Positions 1 through 10,340 of a stretch of DNA of 64,000 nt are shown here, piece by piece. Origin of the DNA: Minisyncoccota bacterium (GTDB taxonomy: Bacteria > Patescibacteriota > Minisyncoccia > Phycocordibacterales > UBA9973). The stretch is taken from the NCBI GenBank assembly GCA_041657885.1, contig JBBABB010000001.1, forward strand, positions 198,926-262,925, in the 5' to 3' direction. Position 1 is the stretch's first letter. Each line of letters starts with the position of its first letter. Under the pieces are notes generated by a model that was not told the DNA's origin, did not search any database, and saw only the letters and a list, made by a program, of their open reading frames with translations. The translations under genes and the position numbers were made by a program.

Positions 1-23
1 CACTGATTTATTATTCCCACTTT

Positions 24-1634
24 GTGGCAATAATTTTATCTCTCATTGTAGGTTTTTTTGTTTTTTTTAGAGATAAAAAATCTCTAATCAATAGAATATT
101 ATTTTTTATAATGATTTCTTTTTCATTATGGGTATTTTTTGACCTTATTCTTTGGGCAAATGAGAAAAATTATTTGATAATGTTTTTCTGGTCAATGATG
201 ATAATTGTGGAACCTCTCATTTATGCCTTATGCGTTTATTTTATAGATGTTTTTATTAACAAAAAAGACATCAGTTTTAGAAAAAAATTAGGCATATTTT
301 CTTTATTATTACCTATAATTATTTTACTACCAACAACGTTAACACTTGTTGGATTTGATTTGACAAATTGTTATAGAGAACCAATTGAAGGTTTTATGGC
401 TACTTACTATGTATATATTATTGAAATTATTTATGCTCTTTGGATTTTAGTGTTCGCGATTAGAAAATACAAACAATCTATTTTGGATAAGAAAAAACAG
501 ATCGTGTTTATTACATTAGGAGTAGTTTTATTCTTATTGAGTTTTGTTTCCGGAAATATTATTGGGAGTTTTACTGAAAACTGGACAATAGCTCAGATTG
601 GTCTTTTTAGCATGCCCATTTTTGTGGGATTTTTAGCTTATGCTGTAGTAAAATTTAAGAGTTTTAATATAAAATTAATGGGAACTCAAGTACTTGTATT
701 TGCTTTAGGTTTCTTAGTTTTAGCTATTTTATTTATTCGTAATATTGAGAATGTTAGAATTGTTGTATCTTTTACCTTATTGTTTGTTATTGTTCTAGGT
801 TATGCTCTTATAAAATCTGTTAAAAAAGAGGTGAAGCAACGCGAAAAATTAGAGGAGCTTAGTACTCAACTTGAAAAATCAAAAATGCGTTTAGAAGAAA
901 CAAATCTAAGTCTTGAGGTGGCTAATGAAAAATTGAAAGGTCTTGATAAATTAAAAACTGAGTTCGTTTCATTAGCGTCTCATCAATTACGTAGTCCCTT
1001 AACTGCCATTAAGGGTTACATTTCAATGATTTTGGATGGTGATTATGGAGAAATCAATCCAAAAGCTAAAGAAAAAATGGAATTAGTGGCGGAATCTAGT
1101 AATAGTTTAACTTTAGTTGTTGATGATTTATTAAATGTTGCAAAGATTGAACAAGGTGGAATGAAGTATGAAATGGCTAAATTTGATTTTGGTGAATTAG
1201 TTCTAAATACTGCTAAAGAGTTATCAATTACCGCAGAGAAAAAGGGCTTAAAATTAATTTGTAGTGTTCCACTTGATCAAAAATATTTTGTTAATGGTGA
1301 TAAAGATAAACTTAGACAAGTTCTGGTCAATTTGATTGATAATTCAATTAAATATACTAAAGAAGGTCAAATAGAAGTCAATATACACCTTGAAAAAGGA
1401 AAAATCATATTATCTGTTAAAGATACTGGAGTTGGAATATCTCCCGGAGCAATAGGAACTTTATTTGAAAAGTTTTCTCGTGGAGATGGAGGTAAATTAA
1501 ATACCGGCGGGTCTGGACTTGGTCTTTATCTAGTTAAAGAAATCGCTAAAGCTCACAATGGGCGTGCTTGGGCCGAATCCGAAGGCGTCGGCAAAGGTTC
1601 AACATTCTCTGTTGAACTTGATGAGGCAAATTAA
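24..1634 (+). CDS. membrane sensor histidine kinase
   Basis: N-terminal multi-TM region, coiled coil, H-box SHQLRSPLTAIKGY, HATPase G-box GSGLGLYLVKEIA; GTG start. Confidence 0.85.
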   Translation: MAIILSLIVGFFVFFRDKKSLINRILFFIMISFSLWVFFDLILWANEKNYLIMFFWSMMIIVEPLIYALCVYFIDVFINKKDISFRKKLGIFSLLLPIIILLPTTLTLVGFDLTNCYREPIEGFMATYYVYIIEIIYALWILVFAIRKYKQSILDKKKQIVFITLGVVLFLLSFVSGNIIGSFTENWTIAQIGLFSMPIFVGFLAYAVVKFKSFNIKLMGTQVLVFALGFLVLAILFIRNIENVRIVVSFTLLFVIVLGYALIKSVKKEVKQREKLEELSTQLEKSKMRLEETNLSLEVANEKLKGLDKLKTEFVSLASHQLRSPLTAIKGYISMILDGDYGEINPKAKEKMELVAESSNSLTLVVDDLLNVAKIEQGGMKYEMAKFDFGELVLNTAKELSITAEKKGLKLICSVPLDQKYFVNGDKDKLRQVLVNLIDNSIKYTKEGQIEVNIHLEKGKIILSVKDTGVGISPGAIGTLFEKFSRGDGGKLNTGGSGLGLYLVKEIAKAHNGRAWAESEGVGKGSTFSVELDEAN

Positions 1635-1663
1635 ATTTTTAGTAGTCGGACTACTAAAAATTT
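1633..1663. repeat. REP-like palindrome TTTTTAGTAGTC-G-GACTACTAAAAA between convergent genes
   Basis: perfect palindrome related to the REPs flanking the RAYT at 19.4-20.1 kb; probably also acts as a bidirectional terminator. Confidence 0.55.
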
Positions 1664-1692
1664 AATTTGTGTTGTAATAATTATTTTACGAA

Positions 1693-3075
1693 TTAAATTT
1701 TAGAAATTTTTGAGCCGGAATCGGTATCTTTTATTTCATAACCCAGTTCTTTTATTTTCTTTCTAAGCTCGTCGCTTTTAGACCAATCTTTTTCTGCACG
1801 AACTTTTTCTCTTTTTTTTGCTAATTCATTTATTTCATCAGGAATAATTTCTTCAGTAATATTTCCTAAATTAAGACCTAAAACCTTATCAAAATCTAAT
1901 ATTGTTGCTAATTTATCTTCGTTTGAAATTCCATATTTGAATATTTCTCCAACAGTAGCAATGGCTTTGGGTATATTTAAATCATCATTAATACTATCTA
2001 AAAATCTCTCTTTAATCTCCATATTCACAGTACCTATTGTTGTTCCAAGAATTTTAATTTTATTTATTAAATTATTATAACCATTTAATGCCGCAGTCTC
2101 TATGTCAGAATTCCACTCCATCTTCTTTCTGTAGTGAACACCAAAAGTTGCAAAGCGATAAACTAGTGGGTTAATATTTTTATCTATAAATTCACTTCTA
2201 AGTGTTAAAAAATTACCTGTACTTTTAGCCATTTTTTCACCATCTTTGAGATTCATAAATTCTCCATGCATCCAATAGTTTACGCATGGTTCTTTACCTG
2301 TGAAGCTTTCTGTTTGGGCTATTTCATTTGTATGGTGAATATTGATATGATCAACACCACCACAATGAAGGTCAAATTGCTCTCCAAGGTATTTAACGCT
2401 CATTGCAGAGCATTCTATATGCCAACCTGGGAATCCTGTACCCCAAGAGCTTTTCCACTCCATTTGGCGCTTTGTGTCCTTAGGGGAGAATTTCCATAGA
2501 GCAAAATCTGTAGCATTTCTTTTCTCTATATTTATTTCTACCCGAGCACCTTCTTTTAAGGCCTCAATTTTTTGATGGGAAAGTTTATTATAATTTTCAA
2601 CTTTTGATGTATCAAAATAAACTCCATCACTTGTTTTATAAGTAAAACCTTTCTTCTCCAAAGTTGCTATCATTTCTATCTGTTCTTTAATATTATCGGT
2701 TGCAATACAAAAAATATCTGGATAAATAATATTTAGATTTTTTAAATCCTCTTTAAATGCTTCCGTGTAAAATTTTGCTATTTCCCATACTGTTTTATTT
2801 TCTCTTTTTGATTCTTTCTCAATTTTGTCTTCACCCATATCACGGTCTCCGGTTAAATGACCAACATCAGTAATATTCATGACATGCTTAACGTTATATC
2901 CATTATAAGAAAATACACGTTTTAATATATCTTCAAACACATAAGTACGCATATTACCCAGATGGGCATAATTATAAACAGTTGGCCCACAAGTATATAG
3001 ACCAACATGACCCTGTTTAATTGGTTCAAAAATTTCTTTTTTTCTTGATAAAGTATTAAATATAACTAAAGACAT
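1693..3075 (-). CDS. cysS: cysteinyl-tRNA synthetase
   Basis: class I HIGH (HLGN) and KMSKS-like (KMAKS) motifs, CysRS-typical N-terminus CGPTVY. Confidence 0.93.
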   Translation of the reverse strand: MSLVIFNTLSRKKEIFEPIKQGHVGLYTCGPTVYNYAHLGNMRTYVFEDILKRVFSYNGYNVKHVMNITDVGHLTGDRDMGEDKIEKESKRENKTVWEIAKFYTEAFKEDLKNLNIIYPDIFCIATDNIKEQIEMIATLEKKGFTYKTSDGVYFDTSKVENYNKLSHQKIEALKEGARVEINIEKRNATDFALWKFSPKDTKRQMEWKSSWGTGFPGWHIECSAMSVKYLGEQFDLHCGGVDHINIHHTNEIAQTESFTGKEPCVNYWMHGEFMNLKDGEKMAKSTGNFLTLRSEFIDKNINPLVYRFATFGVHYRKKMEWNSDIETAALNGYNNLINKIKILGTTIGTVNMEIKERFLDSINDDLNIPKAIATVGEIFKYGISNEDKLATILDFDKVLGLNLGNITEEIIPDEINELAKKREKVRAEKDWSKSDELRKKIKELGYEIKDTDSGSKISKI

Positions 3076-3608
3076 ATAAATATTAAGATTATAGCCACTA
3101 AAAATATAATAGACAATAGGGTTAATGATTTCAATTTTTTATTATTTTTTATAATTTGCTTTTTAAGACCTCTTATTTGAATGTCATTTGCTACTAGTTG
3201 CTCTTGTAAATTTACATATAAGCTTTTTAATAGATAAGCAAATAATAATTTATTATTTTTTATCTCTAATTTTTCTTCTATGGTAGTGTCTATCTCCAAA
3301 TTGTTTAGAAATTCATGTAAGGCCTGTATTGGTCTATCGTGAATTGTTAAAACAAAATTGTCATTAGTAACAAAAACTATTTTATCATTAATAATCTTAT
3401 TTTCTCCATGTAAAATTTGCGGGAAATAAAGAGAAGTGAAGATAAAGTCAGAATATAACTTGGTTTTAGTTTCTTCGGTCTTTGCCCGCATTTCTTCCTC
3501 GATAGATGAGGGAATATAATATTCTTCTACGATATAAACAAGTTCTTCTTCAAGAGGAGATTCTAAATCAATCCAAGTTAGTTCTTTATGACTATATTTT
3601 GATATCAT
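3066..3608 (-). CDS. CorA-like N-terminal domain protein with a single C-terminal TM (atypical or truncated)
   Basis: LTWIDLESPLEEEL...YSDFIFTSL resembles the CorA cytoplasmic domain; only one TM and no GMN motif. Confidence 0.35.
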   Translation of the reverse strand: MISKYSHKELTWIDLESPLEEELVYIVEEYYIPSSIEEEMRAKTEETKTKLYSDFIFTSLYFPQILHGENKIINDKIVFVTNDNFVLTIHDRPIQALHEFLNNLEIDTTIEEKLEIKNNKLLFAYLLKSLYVNLQEQLVANDIQIRGLKKQIIKNNKKLKSLTLLSIIFLVAIILIFICL

Positions 3609-3713
3609 AATGCTTATTATACATTCTGGCTTGCAATTTTGCCAATTTTTGTGTAATATATGTCTTATCTAAAGAATCCCGTCAATTTAATGATTTCTTA
3701 AGATAAAATAAAT

Positions 3714-4094
3714 ATGCCTAAAACCACTACTACAACAAAAAAAATAAAGACGGCTAAATCCAATGCAACTGGATCGAAAGAATTTGCCGTAATTTTCACG
3801 GGCGGTAAACAATACAAAGTCGCTGTTGGTGATGTATTAAAAATTGAAAAAATAGAAGGGGATTTCAAACTCGGAGACAAGGTTATTTTTGATAAAGTTC
3901 TTCTAGTTGATAATGGTACAGATACAACCATCGGCACTCCTTATATCGCAAATGCAACAGTTGAATCGCTATTTCAGAAACTTGGTAAAGGCAAAACAAT
4001 AAGCGTAGTTAAATACAAACAAAAAAGTCGTTACCTAAAGAGAAATGGCCACCGTCAACCATTTGTAGAAGTAAAAATTTCTTCAATAAAATAA
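3714..4094 (+). CDS. rplU: 50S ribosomal protein L21 with Lys/Thr-rich N-terminal extension
   Basis: FAVIFTGGKQYKV...GTPYI...GKGKTISVVKYKQKSRYLKRNGHRQ matches L21. Confidence 0.85.
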   Translation: MPKTTTTTKKIKTAKSNATGSKEFAVIFTGGKQYKVAVGDVLKIEKIEGDFKLGDKVIFDKVLLVDNGTDTTIGTPYIANATVESLFQKLGKGKTISVVKYKQKSRYLKRNGHRQPFVEVKISSIK

Positions 4095-4120
4095 AAAAAT
4101 CCGTTTTGTAACGGATTTTT

Positions 4121-4738
4121 TTATTGTCTATTTAAAAGGGCGTTTTTTATTGTTTCTCCGTCGGAATATTCAAGTTCGGTGCCGGTAGAAAGCCCGCGCC
4201 CAAGGGAAACAACTTTAAATTTATATTTGTCTTGTAGAGGAAACATTTTTTCTCTTAGATACATGTCAGTGTGTTCTCCTTGTGGATTTAAAGATAAAGC
4301 AATAATAATTTCTTTTAGGTCATTATTTTTTGCTTGGTTTTCTATTGTATTCAATAATTCTTTTAGACGAAGGAAACTTGGAGTTTCTTTTGTTACGATA
4401 GAAGCAAGTCCTCCAAGGATAAAATACATCCCGTCATAATTTTTACTCTTTTTAATATTTTCATAATCGGCGTCCTTCTCAATAATCAAAAGGGAAGTTC
4501 TATCAGTTTTTTTATCTTTACATACATCACAAAGTTGGTTACTTTCTCCCTGAAAGAAAAGAAAACATGACGGGCATTGATGAATTAAATCTTTTAGAGA
4601 AAGAATATTATCTCCAAGTTCTTTTGTATAATTTGGGTTTTTATGAAGCAAGAAATAAACAAAACGTTTCGCTTGACGTTCTCCTATACCCGGGAATTCC
4701 TTAAAGTATCTTGCTAATTTTTCTATTGAATCATTCAT
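4121..4738 (-). CDS. recR: recombination protein RecR
   Basis: FPGIGERQAKRFVYFLL HhH motif, C4 zinc finger, Toprim-like C-terminal half. Confidence 0.9.
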   Translation of the reverse strand: MNDSIEKLARYFKEFPGIGERQAKRFVYFLLHKNPNYTKELGDNILSLKDLIHQCPSCFLFFQGESNQLCDVCKDKKTDRTSLLIIEKDADYENIKKSKNYDGMYFILGGLASIVTKETPSFLRLKELLNTIENQAKNNDLKEIIIALSLNPQGEHTDMYLREKMFPLQDKYKFKVVSLGRGLSTGTELEYSDGETIKNALLNRQ

Positions 4739-4774
4739 TTATTTGTTAGTCGTGAGGTCTTGCCTCACGATGTT

Positions 4775-6154
4775 TTAAAATCCTCCTATATCTTCCGATG
4801 GCGCACCAAAACTAGACCCTGATTTATCTATAGACATAAAGGTTGTGGATTTCTCATCAAAGTATAAGCTAATTTTACCGACTGGCCCATTACGATGCTT
4901 TTCTATCAATATTTCTACTATATTTGTCTTTTCACTTTCGTTTTTTCCTCTATCTTCTCTATGAAGGAACATCACAATATCGGCATCTTGTTCAATAGAC
5001 CCAGAATCACGCAAGTCAGAAAGGCGAGGGCGACCACCACGAGATTCAACCGCACGATTAAGTTGTGATAACGCAAGAACTGGAACATCAAATTCTTTGG
5101 CAAGGGCTTTTAATGACCGAGAAATTTCAGTAACTTGGTTGACCATATTGTCATAATTTCGGGATGTAGACATCAATTGTAAATAATCCACAATAATCAG
5201 ACCGAGCCCATGTTCTGCTCTTATACGACGACAAACTGAACGCATCCTTATAATAGAATTTCCAGCCATATCATCAACAAAAATAGGAGCCTTGGATAAA
5301 CGGTCAAGAGAATCACGAATTTTAGAAAATTCACCTTCTGTAGATAAATTACCAGTTCTTAAATTCCAAGCGTTTACTTTAGATTGAGCGGCAAGTAATC
5401 TATCTACCAATTGCTGTGTACTCATTTCAAGAGAAAAGATAACAGTAGGAGTTCCATTATTTAACGCTGCTTGGCGAGCAATATCAAGAGCAAGAGTAGT
5501 TTTTCCCATAGAAGGACGTGCCGCTAAAATAACAAGGTCTGACTTTTGAAGACCAGAAAGATATTGGTCCAAGTCATGAAATCCGGTAGGCACCCCACGT
5601 AGTTCTCCTTTATTTTCATGAAGTCTTTCTAACCTCTCCCACGCCTCAGGTAAACTATCTTTAAGAGGAGTGAACGCATGTCCACCTACATTACTGTTTA
5701 TACCCATCATTCTTTTTTCAGCTTGGTCAAGAATATCAAAAACATCTTCTACTTCTTCGCGAAAACCAAGTTCTGATATGTGGTCTCCGGCTTCTATTAT
5801 TTTTCTTAGAATATATTTTTTGTTTACTACGTCAGAATAATATTTTATATTTGTAGAAGCAGGAACAGAATTTGTTAATTCACTCAAATAGCTACTTCCA
5901 CCTATTTGATCAAGTAATCCTTTTTCTTGTAGTTTATGAGACATAGAAAGTATATCTATCGGCTCACCCTTACTTGAAAGGTCCAACATTATTTTATAAA
6001 TTTGTGAGTGTTTTGTTGCGTAAAATGAATCTGGGGTTATTATGTCATTGATTTCATGAATTGCCCCAGGGCGAAGCATGATAGAGCCCAAAATAGCTTT
6101 TTCAGCGTCAAGGCTTTGTGGAGGGATTCTTAAGTTAGATTTTTTGTCTGTCAT
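4775..6154 (-). CDS. dnaB: replicative DNA helicase DnaB
   Basis: DnaB N-terminal domain, Walker A ARPSMGKTTLAL, RecA-like fold motifs. Confidence 0.93.
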   Translation of the reverse strand: MTDKKSNLRIPPQSLDAEKAILGSIMLRPGAIHEINDIITPDSFYATKHSQIYKIMLDLSSKGEPIDILSMSHKLQEKGLLDQIGGSSYLSELTNSVPASTNIKYYSDVVNKKYILRKIIEAGDHISELGFREEVEDVFDILDQAEKRMMGINSNVGGHAFTPLKDSLPEAWERLERLHENKGELRGVPTGFHDLDQYLSGLQKSDLVILAARPSMGKTTLALDIARQAALNNGTPTVIFSLEMSTQQLVDRLLAAQSKVNAWNLRTGNLSTEGEFSKIRDSLDRLSKAPIFVDDMAGNSIIRMRSVCRRIRAEHGLGLIIVDYLQLMSTSRNYDNMVNQVTEISRSLKALAKEFDVPVLALSQLNRAVESRGGRPRLSDLRDSGSIEQDADIVMFLHREDRGKNESEKTNIVEILIEKHRNGPVGKISLYFDEKSTTFMSIDKSGSSFGAPSEDIGGF

Positions 6155-6398
6155 GAGAGCTATTGTAGCATAATCCTAAAAGTCTCAAAGTCCGTTTTTT
6201 GGATAAACCCCTACACTAATATTTTTCATTATTATGCTTTTTCAATAAAAATCTAATTAAAACTCTAAAATATACTTTAATAATATAGATTTGAATAACT
6301 ACTTTTAAACATAATAAAAAGCAATGAAAATATAAGTGTGGGGGTAAAACTGTGGGTAATATGTGCAAAACTATTTGTTTTTTGGTATTATATAGAAT

Positions 6399-7370
6399 AT
6401 GAAGAAAAAATTACTATCGGGAATACAACCATCTGGAACTATACATATAGGTAATTATTTTGGGGCCATAAAGCAGTTTGTTGACCTCCAGGATAATTAT
6501 GATTCTTTTGTATTTATTGCTGATTTACATGCAATAACAACAATACAAAATAAAGAGGATTTATCTAAAAATATCTTAGATGTGGCTTTGGATTATTTAG
6601 CTTGCGGACTAGACCCTGAAAAAGTTTGTTTATTTAAGCAGTCAGACCTGGCAGAAGTTACAGAACTTGCTTGGTATTTTAATTGTATTACAACAATGCC
6701 ATATTTAGAAAGAGCTACCGCTTATAAAGATGCTCATATGAAAACCAAAGAGGTGAACATTGGTCTTTTTGATTATCCTATTCTTATGGCAGCCGATATT
6801 TTAATACAAGATGCCGACGTAGTGCCAGTGGGAGCAGACCAAAAACAACATGTAGAATATGCACGTGATACAGCCCAAAAATTTAACAAAATATATGGGG
6901 AAACATTCAAATTACCTGAGCCCTTAATTTTGAAAAATGTGGCTATTGTTCCCGGTATAGATGGAAGAAAAATGAGTAAAAGTTACAAAAATACAATTCC
7001 ACTTTTTGGAACTGATGAAGAAATCAAAAAAGCAGTAATGAGAATTGTTACAGATTCTAAGGGTACAGACGAGCCGAAAGATCCAGATACCTGTAATATA
7101 TTTGCACTCCATAAACTTTTCTTAAAAGAAGATGCTTTAAAAATTTTACATGATGAATATACAAAAGGGGGTTTAAGTTATAAAGAATCAAAAGAGATGT
7201 TGCTTCTAGAAATACTTAATCTCATAAAACCAATGAGAGAAAAAAGAGAAATGTATGCCAAGGATTTAGACAAAGTACGCGATATTTTGAAAGAGGGAGC
7301 AAAGAAAGCTAAAACAATAGCTCTCGAGAAAATGAATATTATTCGTGATAAGGTAGGAGTAAAAATATAA
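6399..7370 (+). CDS. trpS: tryptophanyl-tRNA synthetase
   Basis: GIQPSGTIHIGNY and KMSKS motifs. Confidence 0.92.
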   Translation: MKKKLLSGIQPSGTIHIGNYFGAIKQFVDLQDNYDSFVFIADLHAITTIQNKEDLSKNILDVALDYLACGLDPEKVCLFKQSDLAEVTELAWYFNCITTMPYLERATAYKDAHMKTKEVNIGLFDYPILMAADILIQDADVVPVGADQKQHVEYARDTAQKFNKIYGETFKLPEPLILKNVAIVPGIDGRKMSKSYKNTIPLFGTDEEIKKAVMRIVTDSKGTDEPKDPDTCNIFALHKLFLKEDALKILHDEYTKGGLSYKESKEMLLLEILNLIKPMREKREMYAKDLDKVRDILKEGAKKAKTIALEKMNIIRDKVGVKI

Positions 7371-7373
7371 TTT

Positions 7374-7586
7374 ATGAAATATATAATTATTTTGGTTATT
7401 GTTATTTTAAATCTGGTCAATGTTCCACTTAATATGCTTTATATAAGAGTTCAAAAGTGGTATTTACCTATGTGGCATAAAGATAGAGTTCTCTATATTA
7501 CATTTGCTCCTTTTTATTGGATTTTGGTTGGGCTAACATTTTTGTTTGGTTTTCCTGTAGAGCAATTAACAAAATTGGTGCATTAA
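7374..7586 (+). CDS. hypothetical small membrane protein
   Basis: ORF with two predicted TM helices, no recognisable homology. Confidence 0.3.
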   Translation: MKYIIILVIVILNLVNVPLNMLYIRVQKWYLPMWHKDRVLYITFAPFYWILVGLTFLFGFPVEQLTKLVH

Positions 7587-7610
7587 TATTAATTAATAAA
7601 ATATATTTTT

Positions 7611-9029
7611 ATGATAGGGCGTATATATATAAAAGATTTAAATAATTTTATTGGGAAAGAAGTTATAATCGCTGGCTGGGTGGATGTTCGCCGAGACCAA
7701 GGGAAAATGATTTTCTTGGATTTTCGTGATATGACAGGCAAAGTGCAGGGAGTTATTTTACCAAGTTATACAGAAACACTTGAGGTTGGAAAAACACTAC
7801 GCAATGAGTTTGTAGTTAAAGTAAAAGGTAAAATAAACGCGCGCCCAGAGAAAAATAAAAAAACTGGAGTTTTAAATGGCAATATAGAATTAGAGATAGC
7901 CGAAATAGAAATATTAAACCAAGCTATTACACCTGCCTTTGATGTAACAACAGATGGAAAAGAAGTCAGGGAAGAAAGTAGATTAAAATACAGATATCTT
8001 GATTTGCGTAGATCTCGCATGCAAAAAAATATTCGTAATAGACACAATGTTGTTAAATTTATCCGTGACTATTTAGATAAAGAAAATTTTGTAGAAATAG
8101 AGACACCAATACTTTCAAAATCAACTGCCGAAGGAGCTAGAGATTTTATAGTGCCATCTCGATTAGACCAAGGAAAATTTTATGCATTACCACAAGCTCC
8201 TCAACAATATAAACAGCTTTTGATGGCGAGTGGAATAGAGAAATATTTCCAAATGGCAAAATGTATGCGTGATGAAGATTTACGAGGAGACCGCCAACCA
8301 GAATTTACACAACTTGATATGGAAATGAGTTTTGTCAGTCGAGAAGATGTAATGGCAATCAATGAAAATCTTTTAATTGAAATTATTCAAAAATTATATC
8401 CCGAAAAAGAAATACAAAAAATCCCATTTCCAAGAATATCTTATAAAGATGCAATGGAAAAATATGGGAATGATCGTCCAGATATAAGAAAAGATAAAAC
8501 TAACCCAAACTTACTTGCTTTTTGTTGGATTATAGATTTTCCATTTTTTGAAAAGGCCAACGAAGACAATAATCCACAAGCCGAGGGAGAATGGACATTT
8601 ACCCATAATCCATTTTCTGCTGTCCAACCACAATTTCACGATGATTTATTAAATAAAAAAAATATTTCAGGAATTCTTACAAATCAATATGATATTGTAC
8701 TTAATGGTTATGAAATTGGGGGTGGTTCAATCAGAAATCATGAACCAGAAGCACTTCTTGCGGTTTATGATATCATGGGAGTTAAAAAAGAAGAAGTAGA
8801 AAAAAATCTTTTCTATATGCTCGAGGCTTTTCGTTCTGGAACTCCTCCACATGGAGGTATTGCTTGGGGTTTTGATCGGTTGATGATGTTACTTGAAAAT
8901 GAACCAAATATCAGAGAAGTTATGGCTTTCCCTAAAAATGGAGAAGGAAAAGATTTAATGATGGAATCACCATCAGTAGTTTCAGACAAACAATTGAAAG
9001 AACTAGGAATACAAATAACAAAGAAATAA
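7611..9029 (+). CDS. aspS: aspartyl-tRNA synthetase, GAD-less (probably non-discriminating)
   Basis: class II motifs FRDEDLRGDRQPEFTQLD, QAPQQYKQLLM, GGGSIR; 472 aa with no GAD insertion. Confidence 0.88.
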   Translation: MIGRIYIKDLNNFIGKEVIIAGWVDVRRDQGKMIFLDFRDMTGKVQGVILPSYTETLEVGKTLRNEFVVKVKGKINARPEKNKKTGVLNGNIELEIAEIEILNQAITPAFDVTTDGKEVREESRLKYRYLDLRRSRMQKNIRNRHNVVKFIRDYLDKENFVEIETPILSKSTAEGARDFIVPSRLDQGKFYALPQAPQQYKQLLMASGIEKYFQMAKCMRDEDLRGDRQPEFTQLDMEMSFVSREDVMAINENLLIEIIQKLYPEKEIQKIPFPRISYKDAMEKYGNDRPDIRKDKTNPNLLAFCWIIDFPFFEKANEDNNPQAEGEWTFTHNPFSAVQPQFHDDLLNKKNISGILTNQYDIVLNGYEIGGGSIRNHEPEALLAVYDIMGVKKEEVEKNLFYMLEAFRSGTPPHGGIAWGFDRLMMLLENEPNIREVMAFPKNGEGKDLMMESPSVVSDKQLKELGIQITKK

Positions 9030-9051
9030 ATACTTATGGAAGGAAATAATT

Positions 9052-9801
9052 ATGTCAGAAACCGCAACACAGTATCAAATTAAACAGGGAACTTTTGAGG
9101 GGCCACTTGAGCTCCTGCTTTCGCTTATAGAAGAGAAGAAACTTTTTGTGAATGAGATATCGCTCGCCGAAGTCACCAATGATTATATTGCTCATATAAA
9201 ATCTCTCTCTGGTGTCCCATCTGAAAAGCATATCGCCAATGTTTCCTATTTTATTCTTATCGCTGCGACTTTGATTTTGATTAAATCAAAATCACTACTA
9301 CCCAATCTAACTCTAACTGAAGATGAAACAGAAAAAATTACAGACCTTGAAAATCGATTAAAATTATACAAAATTATAAAAAACGCTAGTATTGAAATAA
9401 ATAATAATTTTGGGACAAAAATAATTTTCATGCCCAATGAGCGTATTTGGAGTGAACCACTTTTTTCTCCAGACCCATTGATTACAACGAGTAATATAAT
9501 TCAATCAATAACAGATGTTCTTAATCATATTCCTAAAAAAGTAGAGAGATTGCCAGAGATAGAGGTTAAAAAAATAATAAATTTAGATGAAATTATAAAT
9601 AATTTAACAGATCGAATTCAAGAAGCCATGAATCTATCATTTAAAGAATTCACACAAAGTCATGGAGCGGAGAACCAAGAAGAAGCGAAAATACATGTTA
9701 TCGTTTCCTTCTTGGCTATGCTAGAATTGGTCAGAGAAGGGATAATAAATGTTATACAAAACTCATCTTTTGGAGATATTAGTATTAACAAACAATTATG
9801 A
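9052..9801 (+). CDS. scpA: segregation and condensation protein A
   Basis: FEGPLELLLSLIEEKKL N-terminus typical of ScpA. Confidence 0.85.
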   Translation: MSETATQYQIKQGTFEGPLELLLSLIEEKKLFVNEISLAEVTNDYIAHIKSLSGVPSEKHIANVSYFILIAATLILIKSKSLLPNLTLTEDETEKITDLENRLKLYKIIKNASIEINNNFGTKIIFMPNERIWSEPLFSPDPLITTSNIIQSITDVLNHIPKKVERLPEIEVKKIINLDEIINNLTDRIQEAMNLSFKEFTQSHGAENQEEAKIHVIVSFLAMLELVREGIINVIQNSSFGDISINKQL

Positions 9802-10340
9802 TGGAGTTAGAATCAAAAATTGAAGGATTGCTTTTTTATAAAGGTGAAGATGTCCAAATTAAAAAATTGGCGGAGCTTTTGAATATTTCCATAGAAGAAA
9901 TAGAAGAATCTTTGAAAAAATTGGAACTTTCTCTCGTAAATAGAGGACTTGTTCTTGTCCGTAAGGATGATTCAGTTGTCTTGGGAATTACAAGTGAGTT
10001 AAGCCCTTTGATTGAATCAATTCGTAAAGATGAAATTACCAAAGAACTTACCAAATCTTCTCTTGAAGCATTATCCATCATCTTATATAAAAATGAAGTA
10101 CCCCGTAGTGAAATAGATTATATTCGTGGAGTAAATTCGAGTTTTATCTTACGCAACTTACTTGTCAGAGGTCTTATAGAAAGAATAACTGACCCTAAAG
10201 ATAGTAGACGTCTACTTTATCGTCCAACTTTTGATACATTGTCATTTATGGGTGTTACCTCTATAAATCAATTACCAAACTATGATACCGTAAAAGCACA
10301 ATTAAAAGAAGTTCTTAAACAAGAAGAAAACCATGACTAA
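9798..10340 (+). CDS. scpB: segregation and condensation protein B
   Basis: IEGLLFYKGEDVQIKKLAELL winged-helix repeats; start overlaps scpA stop. Confidence 0.85.
   Translation: MMELESKIEGLLFYKGEDVQIKKLAELLNISIEEIEESLKKLELSLVNRGLVLVRKDDSVVLGITSELSPLIESIRKDEITKELTKSSLEALSIILYKNEVPRSEIDYIRGVNSSFILRNLLVRGLIERITDPKDSRRLLYRPTFDTLSFMGVTSINQLPNYDTVKAQLKEVLKQEENHD

Noticed and set aside
2266-2499. Numerous 60-160-aa ORFs lying antisense to, or nested in, strongly supported genes (for example 2266-2499, 3698-3937, 4179-4439, 36627-37112, 40069-40446, 46783-47118, 33481-33891)
   Set aside because: They overlap well-conserved coding regions on the opposite strand or in an alternative frame. They have low-complexity or compositionally odd translations and no recognisable motifs. 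33481-33891 runs across the tRNA-Ile gene. All were treated as spurious.
3066-3608. Full Mg2+ transporter CorA
   Set aside because: Only the N-terminal cytoplasmic-domain-like region and a single TM are present, with no GMN motif and no second TM. It was kept as a low-confidence CorA-like domain protein.
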